NCBI RefSeq assembly: GCF_963921235.1
Contig: NC_086108.1
Location: 109,246,001 to 109,310,000 of the forward strand
DNA length: 64,000 nucleotides
Direction of reading: 5' to 3'
Source: Mobula hypostoma
Taxonomy: Eukaryota
Shown here: piece by piece, positions 62,932 through 64,000 of the stretch
Numbering within the stretch: position 1 is the first letter of the stretch
How the letters are laid out: the number at the start of each line of letters is the position of its first letter
Notes under the pieces: model-generated
What the model saw: the letters and a program-made list of their open reading frames with translations, nothing else
Database searches by the model: none
Told to the model about the DNA's origin: nothing
Made by a program: the position numbers and the translations under genes

Positions 62932-63625
62932 CAAGGAGAAGATGGCGGCGCGGCGGCAGCGCGTGCAGCCTCTCCGGTGATGAATATCTGTAATCTGTCA
63001 AGTAGGGGACCGTGCACAATCCTGATTTGATGGAGACGGACATGTGAGTACGGAGGAACATCTGGAAAACTTCTGAAATGCCCGCTTCGCCGCTGCTGCT
63101 ACTGTGTGGTAACCTGAATCTCCGAAGCAGAAGGCCCCGAAATCCTCGGCTTTGCGTGTTTCAGCGGCCAGGGCGAGGTCGAAGGTGCTCGGCAGAGGTT
63201 GGAGCTCGGGAGGCTGTATCGGAGGGGCTGGTCGGAAGCTCGAAGTTTTCAGACGGATAGACTCAGTGTCGGCTGTGGTCGGCTGCTTCCAAGGCATCAG
63301 CAAGTTGACAGTGCCTGGAGGGTTCTGGCAGGGAGTTTCTCCCTTTTGCCACCTGCTATCGGAGACTCGGGAGTCGATCGACTCAGGGACTTTTGAGATT
63401 TTTTTTACCGTGCATATGGTTTGTTCTTCATCAAATTATGGTATTGCTTTACACTGCTGTAACTATATGTTATAATTATGTGGTTCTGTCAGTGTTAGTC
63501 TTTGGTCTGTTCTGTTTTCTGTGATGTCACTCCGGAAAAACATTGTATCATTTCTTAATGCATGCATGCATTTCTAAATGACAATAAAAGAGGACTCCGT
63601 GCTCTCATAATCTAAAAAACTAAAT
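62932..63625 (+). mobile_element. Unclassified ~690-bp non-autonomous retroelement with YY1-type head
   Basis: AAGATGGCGGC at 62939-62949, CpG-rich body, AATAAA at 63583, short repeated tail. Confidence 0.55.
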
Positions 63626-63767
63626 AATTAACTTGTATGGAATGCACTGCATTTAATTACATAACTTTGCTGTTGCTTTGCAATAATTCAATAAGCTAAA
63701 AATGTTTTGTTGATGATTTTCATTTGTACTCAGTCTCTGAGACTTCTCACTTGTGTCCAACAATGTG

Positions 63768-63797
63768 TTCTCTCTCTCTCTCTCTCTCTCTGTCTCT

Positions 63798-63839
<42 letters not shown>

Positions 63840-63969
63840 CTCTCTCTCTCTGTCTCTCTCTCTCTCTCTCTGTCTCTGTGTGTGTGTCTCTCTCTCTCTG
63901 TCTCCGTGTCTCTCTCTCTCTCTCTCTCTCTCTGTGTCTCTCTCTCTCTCTCTGTCTCTCTCTCTCTCT

Positions 63970-64000
<31 letters not shown>
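63768..64000. repeat. (TC)n/(TG) compound microsatellite
   Basis: Direct reading. Confidence 0.97.

Overview
Repeat-saturated eukaryotic (vertebrate) intergenic or intronic DNA. The repeat inventory points to a cartilaginous fish, probably a ray (inference): CR1/HER1-type LINEs, V-domain HE1-like SINEs, Neptune-type Penelope-like elements (PLEs), Rex1/Babar LINEs and RTE-type non-autonomous elements. No host gene is recognisable. The long ORFs are decayed retroelement or transposase fragments, or artefacts of simple repeats. Structures read directly from the sequence: (1) an HDV-like self-cleaving ribozyme fold at the 5' end of an RTE-type element (13776-13969), with a decayed second copy; (2) several minimal hammerhead ribozyme motifs in PLE pseudo-LTRs, including short fold-back PLE insertions with clean target-site duplications, one carrying a (GACCCT)n reiteration at its inversion point; (3) a 30-bp-stem hairpin in unique DNA (29772-29845) that I recall as MER135-like, abutting a possibly Eulor4-like segment; (4) an internally deleted Gypsy element with paired LTRs, a tRNA-Pro PBS and a PNMA-like gag remnant; (5) a three-TIR Tc1 derivative, a 186-bp solo LTR, and two minisatellites born inside transposons. 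Repeat boundaries are approximate unless a TSD or TIR is quoted. Family names are from recognition, not database searches.
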